Positions 1 to 9,601 of a DNA stretch of 24,000 bases are shown in pieces. Where the stretch lies: the NCBI GenBank assembly GCA_965249645.1, contig CBDFML010000010.1, forward strand, positions 416,073-440,072, written 5' to 3'. Numbering within the stretch: position 1 is the stretch's first letter; each line of letters begins with the position of its first letter. Below the pieces are notes generated by a model. It was given only the letters and a program-made list of their open reading frames with translations, made no database searches and had not been told where the DNA came from. This DNA comes from Alphaproteobacteria bacterium. GTDB taxonomy: Bacteria; Pseudomonadota; Alphaproteobacteria; UBA828; JAPUJA01. The position numbers and the translations under genes were made by a program.

Positions 1-810
1 CGGCTCATGGCCGAAGGGCCGGGCGAGGACCTGATGCTTACCAGTAACACCCAACCGGCACTGATGGCGGCCTCGATGGCGGTGGTTCGGGTCCTCGAGC
101 ATGAAACCGAAACCTCGCTCGCCGTCCACGGCGCCTTCGTCGCAGGTCATTCGCTTGGAGAATATTCCGCACTATGCGCCGCGGGCGCGCTGTCCGTGAC
201 TGCGACGGCGCGGCTCGTTCGGCTGCGCGGCGAAGCAATGCAGCAGGCGGTGCCGCAGGGCAAGGGCGCGATGGCTGCGCTGCTTGGCGTCGACCTCGAG
301 ATCGCCCAGGCGATCGCCGCCGACGCGGCGGAAGGAGAGGTCTGTGCCGCGGCCAACGACAATGCCCCCGGCCAGGTCGTCATCTCGGGCTCACGCACCG
401 CGGTGGAACGAGCGATCGAGCTGGCCGGCGAGCGCGGCGCGAAGCGTGCCATCTTGCTGCCCGTCAGTGCGCCGTTTCATTGCGCCCTAATGGCGCCGGC
501 CGGCGAAGCCATGGCTGAGGCTCTGGCCGGGATTACCGTCGCGCCGCCCGCTTTGCCGCTGGTCGCAAACGTGACGGCCCAGCCTGTAACCGAGCCCACC
601 GTCATTCGGCGTCAGCTTGTCGAGCAGGTCACGGCGATGGTGCGCTGGCGCGAATCGGTCCAGTATCTGCGCGCTCAGGAAGTCGAGACAGTGGTCGAGC
701 TGGGCCACGGCAAGGTGCTGAGCGGGCTGACCAAGCGGATCGACCGCGAGCTTCAGCCGCTCTCGGTGGGCGATGTGGAGTCGGTCGAGGCGTTTCTGGG
801 CACTCTTTAA
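1..810 (+). CDS. fabD: malonyl-CoA:ACP transacylase, 5' end cut by window edge
   Basis: The frame is open from nt 1. It has the TQPAL motif and the GHSLGEYSAL active-site Ser motif. The ORF track gives a stop at 808-810. It heads a fabG-acpP-fabF cluster. Confidence 0.93.
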   Translation, partial: RLMAEGPGEDLMLTSNTQPALMAASMAVVRVLEHETETSLAVHGAFVAGHSLGEYSALCAAGALSVTATARLVRLRGEAMQQAVPQGKGAMAALLGVDLEIAQAIAADAAEGEVCAAANDNAPGQVVISGSRTAVERAIELAGERGAKRAILLPVSAPFHCALMAPAGEAMAEALAGITVAPPALPLVANVTAQPVTEPTVIRRQLVEQVTAMVRWRESVQYLRAQEVETVVELGHGKVLSGLTKRIDRELQPLSVGDVESVEAFLGTL

Positions 811-841
811 AAATATCCGCGAAGCAAAACGAGGAATTGGA

Positions 842-1579
842 ATGTTCGATCTGACGGGAAAGACGGCGTTGGTCACCGGCGCCTCGGGCGGTATCGGCGC
901 GGCGATCGCGCGGGCACTCCACGCCCAAGGCGCGCAGGTCACCCTGTCCGGTACCCGCCGAGACGCGCTCGATGCACTGGCCAGCGAGTTGGGTGCGGGT
1001 GCGGGCTGCCTCGCCTGCGATCTCGCCGATGCCGCGGCCGTCGCGACTCTGGCCAAAGACGCCGAGGCTGCGATGGGCGGCCTCGATATTCTGGTCAACA
1101 ACGCGGGCCGCACGAGCGACGGGCTCGCCATGCGAATGTCCGACGAGGATTGGAACGCGGTCCTCGAGGTCAATCTCAGTGCCGGATTCCGGCTTTCGCG
1201 CGCAGTCCTGCGCGGCATGATGAAGCGTCGCTTCGGTCGGATCATCAATATTACTTCGGTCGTCGCTCAGGCCGGCAACCCCGGCCAGGCCAATTATGTC
1301 GCCGCGAAGGCCGGGCTGACCGGCATGACCAAAAGTCTTGCGGCCGAGGTTGCCGGCCGGAACATCACCGTCAACTGCATCGCACCAGGCTTCATCGAGA
1401 CACCGATGACCGATGCGCTGCCCGAAGAACGGCGTGCCGCGCTGCTCACGTCGATCCCTGCGGGTCGGCTCGGCCAGCCCGGAGAAATCGCGGCCGGCGC
1501 GGTTTTTCTGGCCAGCGACGAGGCGGCTTACGTGACTGGCGCGACGCTCTCGATAAACGGCGGAATGGCCATGATCTGA
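842..1579 (+). CDS. fabG: 3-oxoacyl-ACP reductase
   Basis: Start chosen at MFDLTGKTALVTGASGGIG (ATG 842) inside ORF 773..1579. It has the TGASGGIG Rossmann motif, NNAG, and the YVAAKAG (YxxxK) catalytic motif. It lies between fabD and acpP. Confidence 0.93.
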   Translation: MFDLTGKTALVTGASGGIGAAIARALHAQGAQVTLSGTRRDALDALASELGAGAGCLACDLADAAAVATLAKDAEAAMGGLDILVNNAGRTSDGLAMRMSDEDWNAVLEVNLSAGFRLSRAVLRGMMKRRFGRIINITSVVAQAGNPGQANYVAAKAGLTGMTKSLAAEVAGRNITVNCIAPGFIETPMTDALPEERRAALLTSIPAGRLGQPGEIAAGAVFLASDEAAYVTGATLSINGGMAMI

Positions 1580-1742
1580 GCCGATTTGACAGGGCTGTGA
1601 TCGTCTAGTCAAACGCTGGAAAGTGTGTTACCACCGCGAAGCGTCACGCCGCAGCCGAGGGGTATCGTTTCCGGTGCCGCCGAGGGTCCAAAACAACAGG
1701 ATGTTCCCTGGAACGACCACTAGCCTGAAGGAAATTTGACGT

Positions 1743-1979
1743 ATGAGTGATGTCCCGGATCGGGTGAAAAAAATTGTCGTCGAGCATCTTGGCGTCGAGG
1801 AATCCAAGGTCACCGACAATGCCAGCTTCATTGACGATCTCGGCGCCGACAGCCTGGATACCGTCGAGTTGGTGATGGCGTTCGAGGAGGAATTCGGCTG
1901 CGAAATCCCCGATGACGCCGCGGAAAAGATCCTGACCGTCAAGGACGCGGTCGAATACATCAAGGAACTCGAGGGTTAG
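1743..1979 (+). CDS. acpP: acyl carrier protein
   Basis: 78 aa with the [18 protein letters not shown] phosphopantetheine-attachment motif. A GAAGGA Shine-Dalgarno sequence lies upstream. Confidence 0.96.
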   Translation: MSDVPDRVKKIVVEHLGVEESKVTDNASFIDDLGADSLDTVELVMAFEEEFGCEIPDDAAEKILTVKDAVEYIKELEG

Positions 1980-1994
1980 CCGCCATGAGCGCGG

Positions 1995-2012
1995 GGACCC
2001 ATCGGGGTCCCG
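1995..2012 (+). promoter_or_regulatory. GC hairpin (GGGACCC-atcg-GGGTCCC) in the acpP-fabF spacer; possible partial terminator or processing site
   Basis: Perfect 7-bp inverted repeat read directly from the sequence. There is no T-run, so function is uncertain. Confidence 0.3.
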
Positions 2013-2046
2013 GGATCGCTCGGGGGCGGACCGCCCGGTTGATGCC

Positions 2047-3306
2047 ATGAGACGCGTAGTCGTGACCGGCCTTGGCTTGGTGACGCCGCTGGGGTGCGGT
2101 GTGGCCGGGGTGTGGGAGCGCCTCGTTAATGGCAAATCGGGAATCAGCCCGATCACCGATTTCAATGTCGACGACCTGCCCGCCAAGGTCGCGGGCCAGG
2201 TGCCTCGCGGCGAGGGTCCGGGCCAACTCAATCTCGAAGCGGTCGTCCCGCCCAAAGAACTCAAGAAGATGGACGACTTCATCCTCTTCGCCATTGCCGC
2301 GGCCGACCAGGCTGTGGCCGATGCCGGCTGGACGCCCGAGGACGAGGGCGCGCTCGAGCGAACCGGCGTGATGATCGGCTCGGGCATCGGCGGGCTGAAG
2401 ACCATTGAGGCGGGCACTGTCCTGATGAATGAGAAAGGCCCGCGCCGCCTGAGCCCGTTTTTCATCCCCTCCGCGTTGATCAATCTCGCGGCCGGCCATG
2501 TCTCCATGAAATACGGCTACAAGGGGCCCAACCATTCGGTCGTCACCGCCTGCTCGACGGGCGCCCATGCGATCGGCGATGCCAGCCGTCTTATCGCGTT
2601 CGACGATGCCGACGTCATGGTCGCCGGCGGCGCCGAGGCGGTGATATGCCGGCTTGGGCTGGCCGGGTTTGCCGCCGCCCGGGCGCTGTCAACCGGGTTT
2701 AACGACACCCCCGAAAAGGCGTCGCGCCCGTGGGATGTCGATCGTGACGGCTTCGTCATGGGCGAAGGTTCCGGCCTTGTCGTGCTTGAGGAGATGGAGC
2801 ACGCCAAGGCGCGCGGGGCCACGATTTACGCCGAAATCATGGGCTATGGCCTGTCGGGCGACGCCTATCACCTGACCGCTCCACGGCCCGATGGCAGCGG
2901 CGGCGAGCGTTCGATGCGCATGGCGCTCAAGCGGGCCGGAGTCGATCTCGGCGATATCGACTATATCAATGCCCACGGAACCTCGACGCCGCTGGGCGAC
3001 GAGATCGAGCTGGGTGCCGTGAAACGCCTGTTCGGAGACGCGGCCTACAAGCTTTCCATGTCCTCGACAAAATCCTCCATCGGTCATCTGCTGGGCGCGG
3101 CAGGCAGCGTCGAATTGATATTTTCGATTCTCGCGGTGGTCAACGGCGTCGTCCCGCCGACCCTGAACCTCGACAATCCGTCGCCGGGTTGCGATATCGA
3201 CCTCGTGCCCTATCAGGCCAAGGAGCGGCCCGTGCGTTACGCGCTGTCCAACTCCTTCGGTTTCGGCGGCACCAACGCAAGCCTGGTGATCGGTCGGGCT
3301 CCGTAA
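2047..3306 (+). CDS. fabF: 3-oxoacyl-ACP synthase II
   Basis: 419 aa. It has the active-site Cys context ACSTGAHAIGDA, then NAHGTSTPLGD and GHLLGAAG (Cys-His-His triad). It follows acpP. Confidence 0.95.
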   Translation: MRRVVVTGLGLVTPLGCGVAGVWERLVNGKSGISPITDFNVDDLPAKVAGQVPRGEGPGQLNLEAVVPPKELKKMDDFILFAIAAADQAVADAGWTPEDEGALERTGVMIGSGIGGLKTIEAGTVLMNEKGPRRLSPFFIPSALINLAAGHVSMKYGYKGPNHSVVTACSTGAHAIGDASRLIAFDDADVMVAGGAEAVICRLGLAGFAAARALSTGFNDTPEKASRPWDVDRDGFVMGEGSGLVVLEEMEHAKARGATIYAEIMGYGLSGDAYHLTAPRPDGSGGERSMRMALKRAGVDLGDIDYINAHGTSTPLGDEIELGAVKRLFGDAAYKLSMSSTKSSIGHLLGAAGSVELIFSILAVVNGVVPPTLNLDNPSPGCDIDLVPYQAKERPVRYALSNSFGFGGTNASLVIGRAP

Positions 3307-3310
3307 TTCC

Positions 3311-4297
3311 ATGCGGCGCACTGCCGTCCGCATTCTTCTTCCCGCCGTTCTCCTTCTCGCCGCGCTCGCTGCGGGCGCCGCGCTCTGGGGTTGGACGCAG
3401 TTCGGAGCCGAGGGGCCTCTTGGGGCACCCGCAACGGTGATTCTCGATCGCGGGCTCGGCCTGCAGGGCATCGCCCGGAGGCTGGAAGAACGTGGCGTCA
3501 TTGCCAGCGCTACGGTGTTCTCCGTGGGGGTCCGTCTGACCGGTTCGCATGATCGCCTGCGGGCCGGCGAGTACGCGTTCGAGCCGGGCATTTCTCCCCG
3601 CGCGGTGATGGATGAGCTGGTCGCGGGCGACGTGGTGGTCCATCGCCTGACCCTGCCCGAAGGCCTGTCGAGCACCGAGATCGTCGCACTGATAGAGGCG
3701 GCTCCGGCGTTGACCGGTGAGATCGCCGGGCCGGTTACCGAAGGCTCGCTGCTGCCCGACACCTACCATTATGTCTATGGCGACGATCGTACGCGGTTGA
3801 TTGTGCGTATGCAGGCGGCTATGCAGGGCGCACTCGAAGAGCTTTGGCCCGCGCGGGCCGACGGCCTGCCGCTCGCGAGCCCGGAGGAAGCGGTGGTTCT
3901 CGCCTCCATAATCGAGAAGGAGACCGGCCTTGCCGGTGATCGGGCGCTGGTCGCGGGCGTCTTCGTCAACCGGCTTCGGATCGGCATGCCCCTGCAATCC
4001 GATCCCACTGTCGTCTACGCGCTTGCGCGGGGCGGGGTCGTTCTCGATCGCCCGCTCCGTCGCTTCGACCTGGAGCTGGACGATCCCTACAACACCTACC
4101 GTCATCGCGGCTTGCCGCCGGGGCCCATCGCCAACCCGGGCCGGGCCGCGCTCGAAGCCGCCCTTCATCCGGCCGAGACCGGGGCCTATTATTTTGTCGC
4201 CGACGGCACCGGCGGTCACGCCTTTGCCGCGACTCTCGACGAACACAACCTCAACGTTCAGCGCTATCGCGACATGCTGTCGGGCGGCGTACCCTGA
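3311..4297 (+). CDS. mltG: endolytic murein transglycosylase (YceG/MltG family)
   Basis: N-terminal membrane anchor (ILLPAVLLLAALAAGAALW). YceG motifs LASIIEKET, GMPLQSDPTV and YNTYRHRGLPPGPIANPG are present. It sits in the conserved position after fabF. Confidence 0.9.
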   Translation: MRRTAVRILLPAVLLLAALAAGAALWGWTQFGAEGPLGAPATVILDRGLGLQGIARRLEERGVIASATVFSVGVRLTGSHDRLRAGEYAFEPGISPRAVMDELVAGDVVVHRLTLPEGLSSTEIVALIEAAPALTGEIAGPVTEGSLLPDTYHYVYGDDRTRLIVRMQAAMQGALEELWPARADGLPLASPEEAVVLASIIEKETGLAGDRALVAGVFVNRLRIGMPLQSDPTVVYALARGGVVLDRPLRRFDLELDDPYNTYRHRGLPPGPIANPGRAALEAALHPAETGAYYFVADGTGGHAFAATLDEHNLNVQRYRDMLSGGVP

Positions 4298-5115
4298 TCC
4301 GGGAGTTGCTCCGCCCCCGAGGCGCGCCTTGCGCGGCGTATCGAGCCGGCCAGCGTGAGGTCGGCAAGGCCGGGCGGCAACAAGGCGAACAACAGGGTCG
4401 GCAGGTACAAACCCACTGGAAAGGCAATCCGCGCCGGGCGGCGGCGCAGCCGGCGGCGGATCAGCTGAGCGGCTTTGGGCGCCGTCAGGAGAAACGGCAT
4501 CGGAAATCGGTTGCGCGCAGTGATCCGCGATTCAACAAATCCCGGGCAGATCACCGTGACGGCTATGCCATCCGGAGCCAGGCTCGGGCGCAGGGCTTCA
4601 CCCCAACTCTTGACCGCCGCCTTGCTCGCCGAATACGCGGTGGCACCCGGCACGCCGCGGAACCCGGCGAGCGAGCTCATCAGCGCGATTTGGCCATGGC
4701 CGCGGGCGCGCATGCCTGGGATCACCGGAAGCACGGTGTTGAGCACACCGTCCAGATTAACCGCAAAGATCCGCCGTGCCTGCGCTTCGGTTTCGTCGTA
4801 GATGTGCCGGCCCCCCGGTGTCCCGCAGGTGCCGGCCGATACGCCCGCGTTGGCGATCACCATGTCGAGGGGGCGGGACGCGTCGCGCGCGGCGATCCAG
4901 GCCGCCATGGTCTCGGAGTCGGCGACGTCGAGCACGGCCATTTCGGTCTCGCTGCCACTTATGCAGCAGGCCTGGGCGACGCTCTCCAGTCGGTCGGCGT
5001 TGCGTCCGGTCAGCGCGAGCGATACCCCCGGGGCTGCGTAGAGGCGGGCCAGTGCCTCGCCTATCCCGCTGCTGGCCCCCGTGATCAAAATCGAGGTCGG
5101 TGCTCCATCGGCCAT
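4264..5115 (-). CDS. short-chain dehydrogenase/reductase (SDR) family oxidoreductase
   Basis: Start trimmed to MADGAPTSILITGASSGIGEA (ATG at 5115) within ORF 4264..5553. It has the TGASSGIG cofactor motif and the YSASKAA catalytic motif. The substrate is unknown. Confidence 0.85.
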   Translation of the reverse strand: MADGAPTSILITGASSGIGEALARLYAAPGVSLALTGRNADRLESVAQACCISGSETEMAVLDVADSETMAAWIAARDASRPLDMVIANAGVSAGTCGTPGGRHIYDETEAQARRIFAVNLDGVLNTVLPVIPGMRARGHGQIALMSSLAGFRGVPGATAYSASKAAVKSWGEALRPSLAPDGIAVTVICPGFVESRITARNRFPMPFLLTAPKAAQLIRRRLRRRPARIAFPVGLYLPTLLFALLPPGLADLTLAGSIRRARRASGAEQLPDQGTPPDSMSR

Positions 5116-5251
5116 CGCGCGCGCCCTCCCGCCGATCGCTTGCTTGTTGGTCGACCCGGCCCGCGGGTATAGTGCCCGCCATCGGGCGCCGCGGCGGCGC
5201 CCGCCGGCCCTGACGGGCAGACAATACGAGGTGAGCGTGGCGGTTTCCAGC

Positions 5252-6124
5252 ATGACCGGCTTTGCCCGCACCGATGGGATCCATGGTGAGGCGCGATGGA
5301 CATGGGAGGTCAAGAGCGTCAACGGCCGGTCCCTTGAGGTGCGCTGTCGGCTGCCGCAGCGGATGGACTGGCTTGAGCCGGTTGCCCGAGAAGCTGCGAG
5401 CGCGCGCCTGAGTCGCGGCCATATAGGGATTGCGTTGAATTTCGACCAGGCCGACGTCCCCGCTGATTTGCGCCTCAACGAGGCGCTGCTCGAGCGATTG
5501 CTCGCCGTGGCCGCCGAATTCGCCGCCGACGGCCGCGCCGCGCCGCCGCGCATCGATGGTTTGCTTGGCCTGCGCGGGGTGGTGGAATCGGTCGTTCCCG
5601 TCGAGGACGAGGCTGCGCGCGAGGCACGCGATGCCGCGCTCGTGTCCAGCCTTCACGATGCGCTCGACAAACTCGCCGATGCGCGTCGCGCCGAGGGTGA
5701 GCAGATCGATGCCACCTTGCGCGACCAGCTTGACGAAATCGCGGTGCTGGCCGACCGGGCGGCCACGGCGCCCGCTCTTGCGCCCGAGGCGATCAAGGCG
5801 CGACTCGCCGAGAAGCTCGCCGCCTTGCTTGACGAGGGCACCGGGTTGCCGGAGGACAGAATCGCTCAGGAAGTGGCGGTTCTCGCAGTCAAAGCCGATG
5901 TGCGCGAAGAACTCGACCGGCTGCGTGCCCATCTGGTCGGTGCGCGGGAATTGCTCGACGGCGGCGAGGCGGTGGGCCGCCGGCTCGATTTCCTGTGCCA
6001 AGAATTCAACCGCGAAGCCAACACCCTATGCTCGAAATCGAACGATCTCTCGCTCACCCGGATCGGTCTCGACCTCAAGGCCGTGATCGACCAGTTTCGC
6101 GAGCAGGTCCAGAACGTCGAATGA
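5252..6124 (+). CDS. yicC: YicC-family protein (stress-induced, RNase-associated family)
   Basis: Start trimmed to MTGFART (ATG 5252). The C-terminal DUF1732-like block is FLCQEFNREANTLCSKSND...REQVQNVE. It lies directly upstream of gmk, as in many bacteria. Confidence 0.85.
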   Translation: MTGFARTDGIHGEARWTWEVKSVNGRSLEVRCRLPQRMDWLEPVAREAASARLSRGHIGIALNFDQADVPADLRLNEALLERLLAVAAEFAADGRAAPPRIDGLLGLRGVVESVVPVEDEAAREARDAALVSSLHDALDKLADARRAEGEQIDATLRDQLDEIAVLADRAATAPALAPEAIKARLAEKLAALLDEGTGLPEDRIAQEVAVLAVKADVREELDRLRAHLVGARELLDGGEAVGRRLDFLCQEFNREANTLCSKSNDLSLTRIGLDLKAVIDQFREQVQNVE

Positions 6125-6153
6125 TCTGCGCTGCTCGAGGAGGCCGTCCCGCC

Positions 6154-6792
6154 ATGCCCGTTTTGTCGATCGAACGCAGAGGCCTGATGCTTGTGCTGTC
6201 CTCCCCATCGGGCGCGGGCAAGACCACAATTTCACGCCGTCTGCTCGAGCTCGACGACAATTTGACCCTGTCGGTCTCGATGACGACCCGTCCGATCCGC
6301 TCCGGCGAAATCGACGGCGTCGACTACAAATTCGTCGATGAGGCAGTCTTCGCGGACATGGTAAAGCAGGGGGAATTTCTCGAGCACGCTCGCGTCTTCG
6401 ATCATTACTACGGAACGCCCCGCGGTCCTGTCGAGACGGCGCTCGCTGCCGGGCGCGATATGCTTTTCGACATCGACTGGCAAGGCGCTCAGCAACTGGC
6501 CGAGGCGGTGCGCGACGATCTCGTGAGCGTGTTCATTCTGCCGCCGTCTACTGCCGCGCTTGAGCGCCGCCTCCACTCGCGGGCCCAGGATTCCGACGAG
6601 GTCGTAGCCCGTCGCATGGCCGAGGCGGCGGACGAGATGAGCCACTGGGATGCCTACAGCTACATCATTATCAACGACGATCTCGAAGAGAGCGTAGGCG
6701 GCGCGCGCGCCGTGCTGGCCGCCGAAAGGCTGTCGCGTCAGCACCAGATCGGGTTGGGGGAATTCGTCAAGCGGCTGCGCGGCGAACGCTGA
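6154..6792 (+). CDS. gmk: guanylate kinase
   Basis: It has the P-loop SSPSGAGKTT, then TTRPIRSGEIDGVDYKFV and DIDWQGA. An alternative start is the ATG at 6121, which overlaps the yicC stop as ATGA. The start is therefore uncertain by 11 codons. Confidence 0.9.
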   Translation: MPVLSIERRGLMLVLSSPSGAGKTTISRRLLELDDNLTLSVSMTTRPIRSGEIDGVDYKFVDEAVFADMVKQGEFLEHARVFDHYYGTPRGPVETALAAGRDMLFDIDWQGAQQLAEAVRDDLVSVFILPPSTAALERRLHSRAQDSDEVVARRMAEAADEMSHWDAYSYIIINDDLEESVGGARAVLAAERLSRQHQIGLGEFVKRLRGER

Positions 6793-7309
6793 ACAAATTG
6801 CGGCTTACGCCCCGTCGAAGACAACCTCCCGGCGCGAGCGGGCCGGCAACCCCCTCGAGCGCCCCGGGCGCGAGTTCCAGAACCAGAAAGCGTTCGTCGT
6901 CGACGGCCTCGTCGAACACCAGATCATGCTGGCGCGCCGACACAAAGCCGAAGCGTCCCAGATAGGCGCGGGTGCCAATCGCAACGACAATGTCATGACC
7001 CGCTATACGCGCCGCTTCGATGCCGGCGGCAACCAGCCGGGCACCGATCCCCTGGCCTTGCTCGTTGGGATCGACGGCAATGGGGCCAAGCAGAATAGCG
7101 GCCACGCCGCCCGCCGTGATCGGCCAGAAGCGGATGGTGCCGACTAGGCGCCCATTCCTGTATGCGACGAAGCATAACCCGTCGAGAGGAGGACGCTCAG
7201 TGCGCAGGCGATAACTCGGGCGCGCCTGGCGTTCGGGCTCAAAGGCGCGATCGAGTAGATTTTCGATGGCGACGGTGTCTGCCGGCGTCTCGGGCCGGAT
7301 GATAATCAT
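6767..7309 (-). CDS. GNAT-family N-acetyltransferase
   Basis: 180 aa with the acetyl-CoA binding motif QGQGIGARLV. It has YhbS-like architecture. Its 3' end overlaps the gmk 3' end convergently. Confidence 0.8.
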   Translation of the reverse strand: MIIIRPETPADTVAIENLLDRAFEPERQARPSYRLRTERPPLDGLCFVAYRNGRLVGTIRFWPITAGGVAAILLGPIAVDPNEQGQGIGARLVAAGIEAARIAGHDIVVAIGTRAYLGRFGFVSARQHDLVFDEAVDDERFLVLELAPGALEGVAGPLAPGGCLRRGVSRNLFSVRRAAA

Positions 7310-7385
7310 AGGGATCTCCGGAAAAGCGAAAAAGACCGGGGCGTCTTCTTACGGCAGTTCGCATGATCGGGCAATACGGATTGTG

Positions 7386-8384
7386 TCACGAGCGCTCGGC
7401 CTCGGTGCGGGAACGCCAGGCCCGGGCGAGCGAGCAGAACTCCGCGACATCGAGTTCCTCGGCCCGCCGCTCGGGCGCAATGCCCGCAACAGCCAACAAC
7501 GTCTGCGGGTCGGGTCCCAGACGTTTTAATGCGCTGCGCAGCATCTTGCGCCGCTGGTTGAAGACGGCGGCGACCACGGTTTCCAGCGCGTCCCAGTCGG
7601 CGGCAGCCTGAGGTTCGGCCAACGGGGCCAGGGCAACCAGTGTCGAGGTCACTTTTGGGGCCGGCACGAAGGCGCCGGGCGGCAGGTCGAATAACGCGCG
7701 GGGTCGGGTTCGCCATTGGGCCATAATCGAAAGACGGCCATAGGCTCCGGTGCGGGGCAGGGCCGTGAGGCGCGCCGCAACTTCCTTCTGGAACATCAGG
7801 GCCAGGCCCGTGAACAGCTCGATCTGCGCGAGCCATTTGACCAGCAACGGCGTCGCGACGTTGTAAGGGAGATTGGCGACGATGCGGCGTGGCGCGGGCA
7901 CAAGAGCTGCTTCGTCGACGGTTCGGGCGTCGGCCTCGACGATTTCGAGTCGGCCGGGATACGCCGCGGCAAGTTCGGTCAAGGCGGCAACGCAGCGCGG
8001 GTCTCTCTCCACCGCGAGTACCCGTACGGCCCCGGCCTCAAGCAGCGCGCGGGTCAATCCGCCGGGGCCCGGGCCAATCTCAATCACCGTCTCGCTGCCA
8101 AACGGTCCAGCAGCGTCGGCGATGCGTCGGGCGATTGTCGGGTCGAGTAAAAAATTCTGGCCGAGCTTGCGTCGCGCGGAAAGACCGTGCCGGCGGATAA
8201 CCTCGCGCAGCGGCGGCAGCGCGGGCCCGCTTTCAGGCCGGCTCAGACGCGCACCTCGATGAAGGACGCGGTCCGCAAGTCGCGCAGGTAGCGCCGGGCC
8301 AGCAGGTCGAGCCGACGGGCGACGAGATCCCGGCGGATCCTCTCGTCGTCGATGACCCGATCGCCGGTCTCGCGACGCGCGCAT
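7386..8384 (-). CDS. rsmA: 16S rRNA (adenine1518/1519-N6)-dimethyltransferase
   Basis: It has the LGQNFL motif and the SAM motif VIEIGPGPGGLT. The ATG at 8384 is the only ATG/GTG/TTG start I find by hand translation. Recognisable homology starts only near 8215. A CTG at 8246 overlapping the surA stop (CTGA) may be the real start, so the 5' boundary is uncertain. Confidence 0.88.
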   Translation of the reverse strand: MRASRDRRSGHRRREDPPGSRRPSARPAGPALPARLADRVLHRGARLSRPESGPALPPLREVIRRHGLSARRKLGQNFLLDPTIARRIADAAGPFGSETVIEIGPGPGGLTRALLEAGAVRVLAVERDPRCVAALTELAAAYPGRLEIVEADARTVDEAALVPAPRRIVANLPYNVATPLLVKWLAQIELFTGLALMFQKEVAARLTALPRTGAYGRLSIMAQWRTRPRALFDLPPGAFVPAPKVTSTLVALAPLAEPQAAADWDALETVVAAVFNQRRKMLRSALKRLGPDPQTLLAVAGIAPERRAEELDVAEFCSLARAWRSRTEAERS

Positions 8385-9508
8385 ACCATCAACACGTGAT
8401 AGCCGTTTATGGTGCGCACGGGCGCGCTCGGCTGGTCCACCGCCAAGCCTGCCACGGCCACGCGTATGGGGGTGGGTAGTTCGTCCAGCATCATGGTTCC
8501 AAGGTCGCCCGACAATTCGTTCCCCACGACCTGGGACAGCTCGCGCATATCGGCGCAGCTGCGCACGGTTCGCCCGACTTCCTGAGCCAAGGCGCGTTGT
8601 TCGTTGTCATGCACCGACCCGGGCTCTTCGGTGACGGGCAGAACCACCTGGACGAGTTCGACCGACACGTCGGCTGCCGCCGCATGGGGTTCCTGGCGAT
8701 CGAGCACGGCGATGATATGGAAGCCTTCAACGGACCGGATTGGCTCGGATATGTTGCCCGGTTGCATGGTCGGCACCACGCGCGCGATTTCCGGTGCGAG
8801 TTGACCGACCTGCACCCAGCCGAGATCGCCGCCGACGGCGGCCGTTGCGCTCTGGGAGAATTGTCGGGCGAGCACCCCGAAATCGACCCCACCGGCCTTT
8901 AGCTGGGCGGCAAGCTGTCGGGCGTCGGCCGCGACGGCAAGCTCGTCGGATTGGTTGGGCACGCCCAGAAATAATTCGGCAATCCTGAAAATCGGCTCGT
9001 TCTGTCCCGCTTCCATCCGCTCGCGCGCGGCATCGATTTCTTCCTGGCCGACCACCACATTGGGCCCTAGCCTTCGACGCACGGCAGTGCCCCACACGAT
9101 CTGCGCGCGGATCTGCTCAAGCGCTGTCTCCCGGTTTAGACCGCTCGCTTGGAGAAATTCGAAAAAACTGCCTGGCGGCGCGCCGCTGTCGTCTTCCAGT
9201 GACGCGACGGCGCGGGCCATCTGGTCCTCGGTGATCTGGATGCCCAGCCGTGCGCCTTCCTGAAACTGCAGTCGCTCGTTGATCAGGTTCTGCAGCACCT
9301 GGGGGGCGATGTTGCGGCGAACCTCGGGACTGTTCTGCAAACCGGTGGTCGCTACCGCCAGGTCGATTCGGATGATCAGATCGTAGACCGAAATGACCTC
9401 GTCATTGACCACGGCGGCGATGCGCTGCGAATCCTGGGCCCGGATGGCGGAGCCTGCAAACAGCAGGATCGTCACCGCGATCGCAACAATGATCCATTTC
9501 ATGCGCAC
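8243..9508 (-). CDS. surA: periplasmic chaperone / peptidyl-prolyl isomerase SurA
   Basis: Signal peptide MRMKWIIVAIAVTILLFAGSAIRA. It has a SurA N-terminal domain and two parvulin-like segments (GGDLGWV...GFHII; GDLGTM...GYHVLMV). It lies between lptD and rsmA. Confidence 0.88.
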   Translation of the reverse strand: MRMKWIIVAIAVTILLFAGSAIRAQDSQRIAAVVNDEVISVYDLIIRIDLAVATTGLQNSPEVRRNIAPQVLQNLINERLQFQEGARLGIQITEDQMARAVASLEDDSGAPPGSFFEFLQASGLNRETALEQIRAQIVWGTAVRRRLGPNVVVGQEEIDAARERMEAGQNEPIFRIAELFLGVPNQSDELAVAADARQLAAQLKAGGVDFGVLARQFSQSATAAVGGDLGWVQVGQLAPEIARVVPTMQPGNISEPIRSVEGFHIIAVLDRQEPHAAAADVSVELVQVVLPVTEEPGSVHDNEQRALAQEVGRTVRSCADMRELSQVVGNELSGDLGTMMLDELPTPIRVAVAGLAVDQPSAPVRTINGYHVLMVCARRETGDRVIDDERIRRDLVARRLDLLARRYLRDLRTASFIEVRV

Positions 9509-9601
9509 ATCATGCCCGTTCTTGTCGTCGGTCTACCGAGGCCGTTTATAGCGGGTTCGGTAAGCCGGCCTCAAATTCTATTTGCACCTGTCAGGCCGGT
9601 T

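Noticed and set aside
1586-1614. A TTGACA hexamer upstream of acpP as a possible acpP promoter.
   Set aside because: There is no acceptable -10 hexamer at 16-18 nt spacing (TCAAAC or GTCAAA only), so it is not reported as a promoter.
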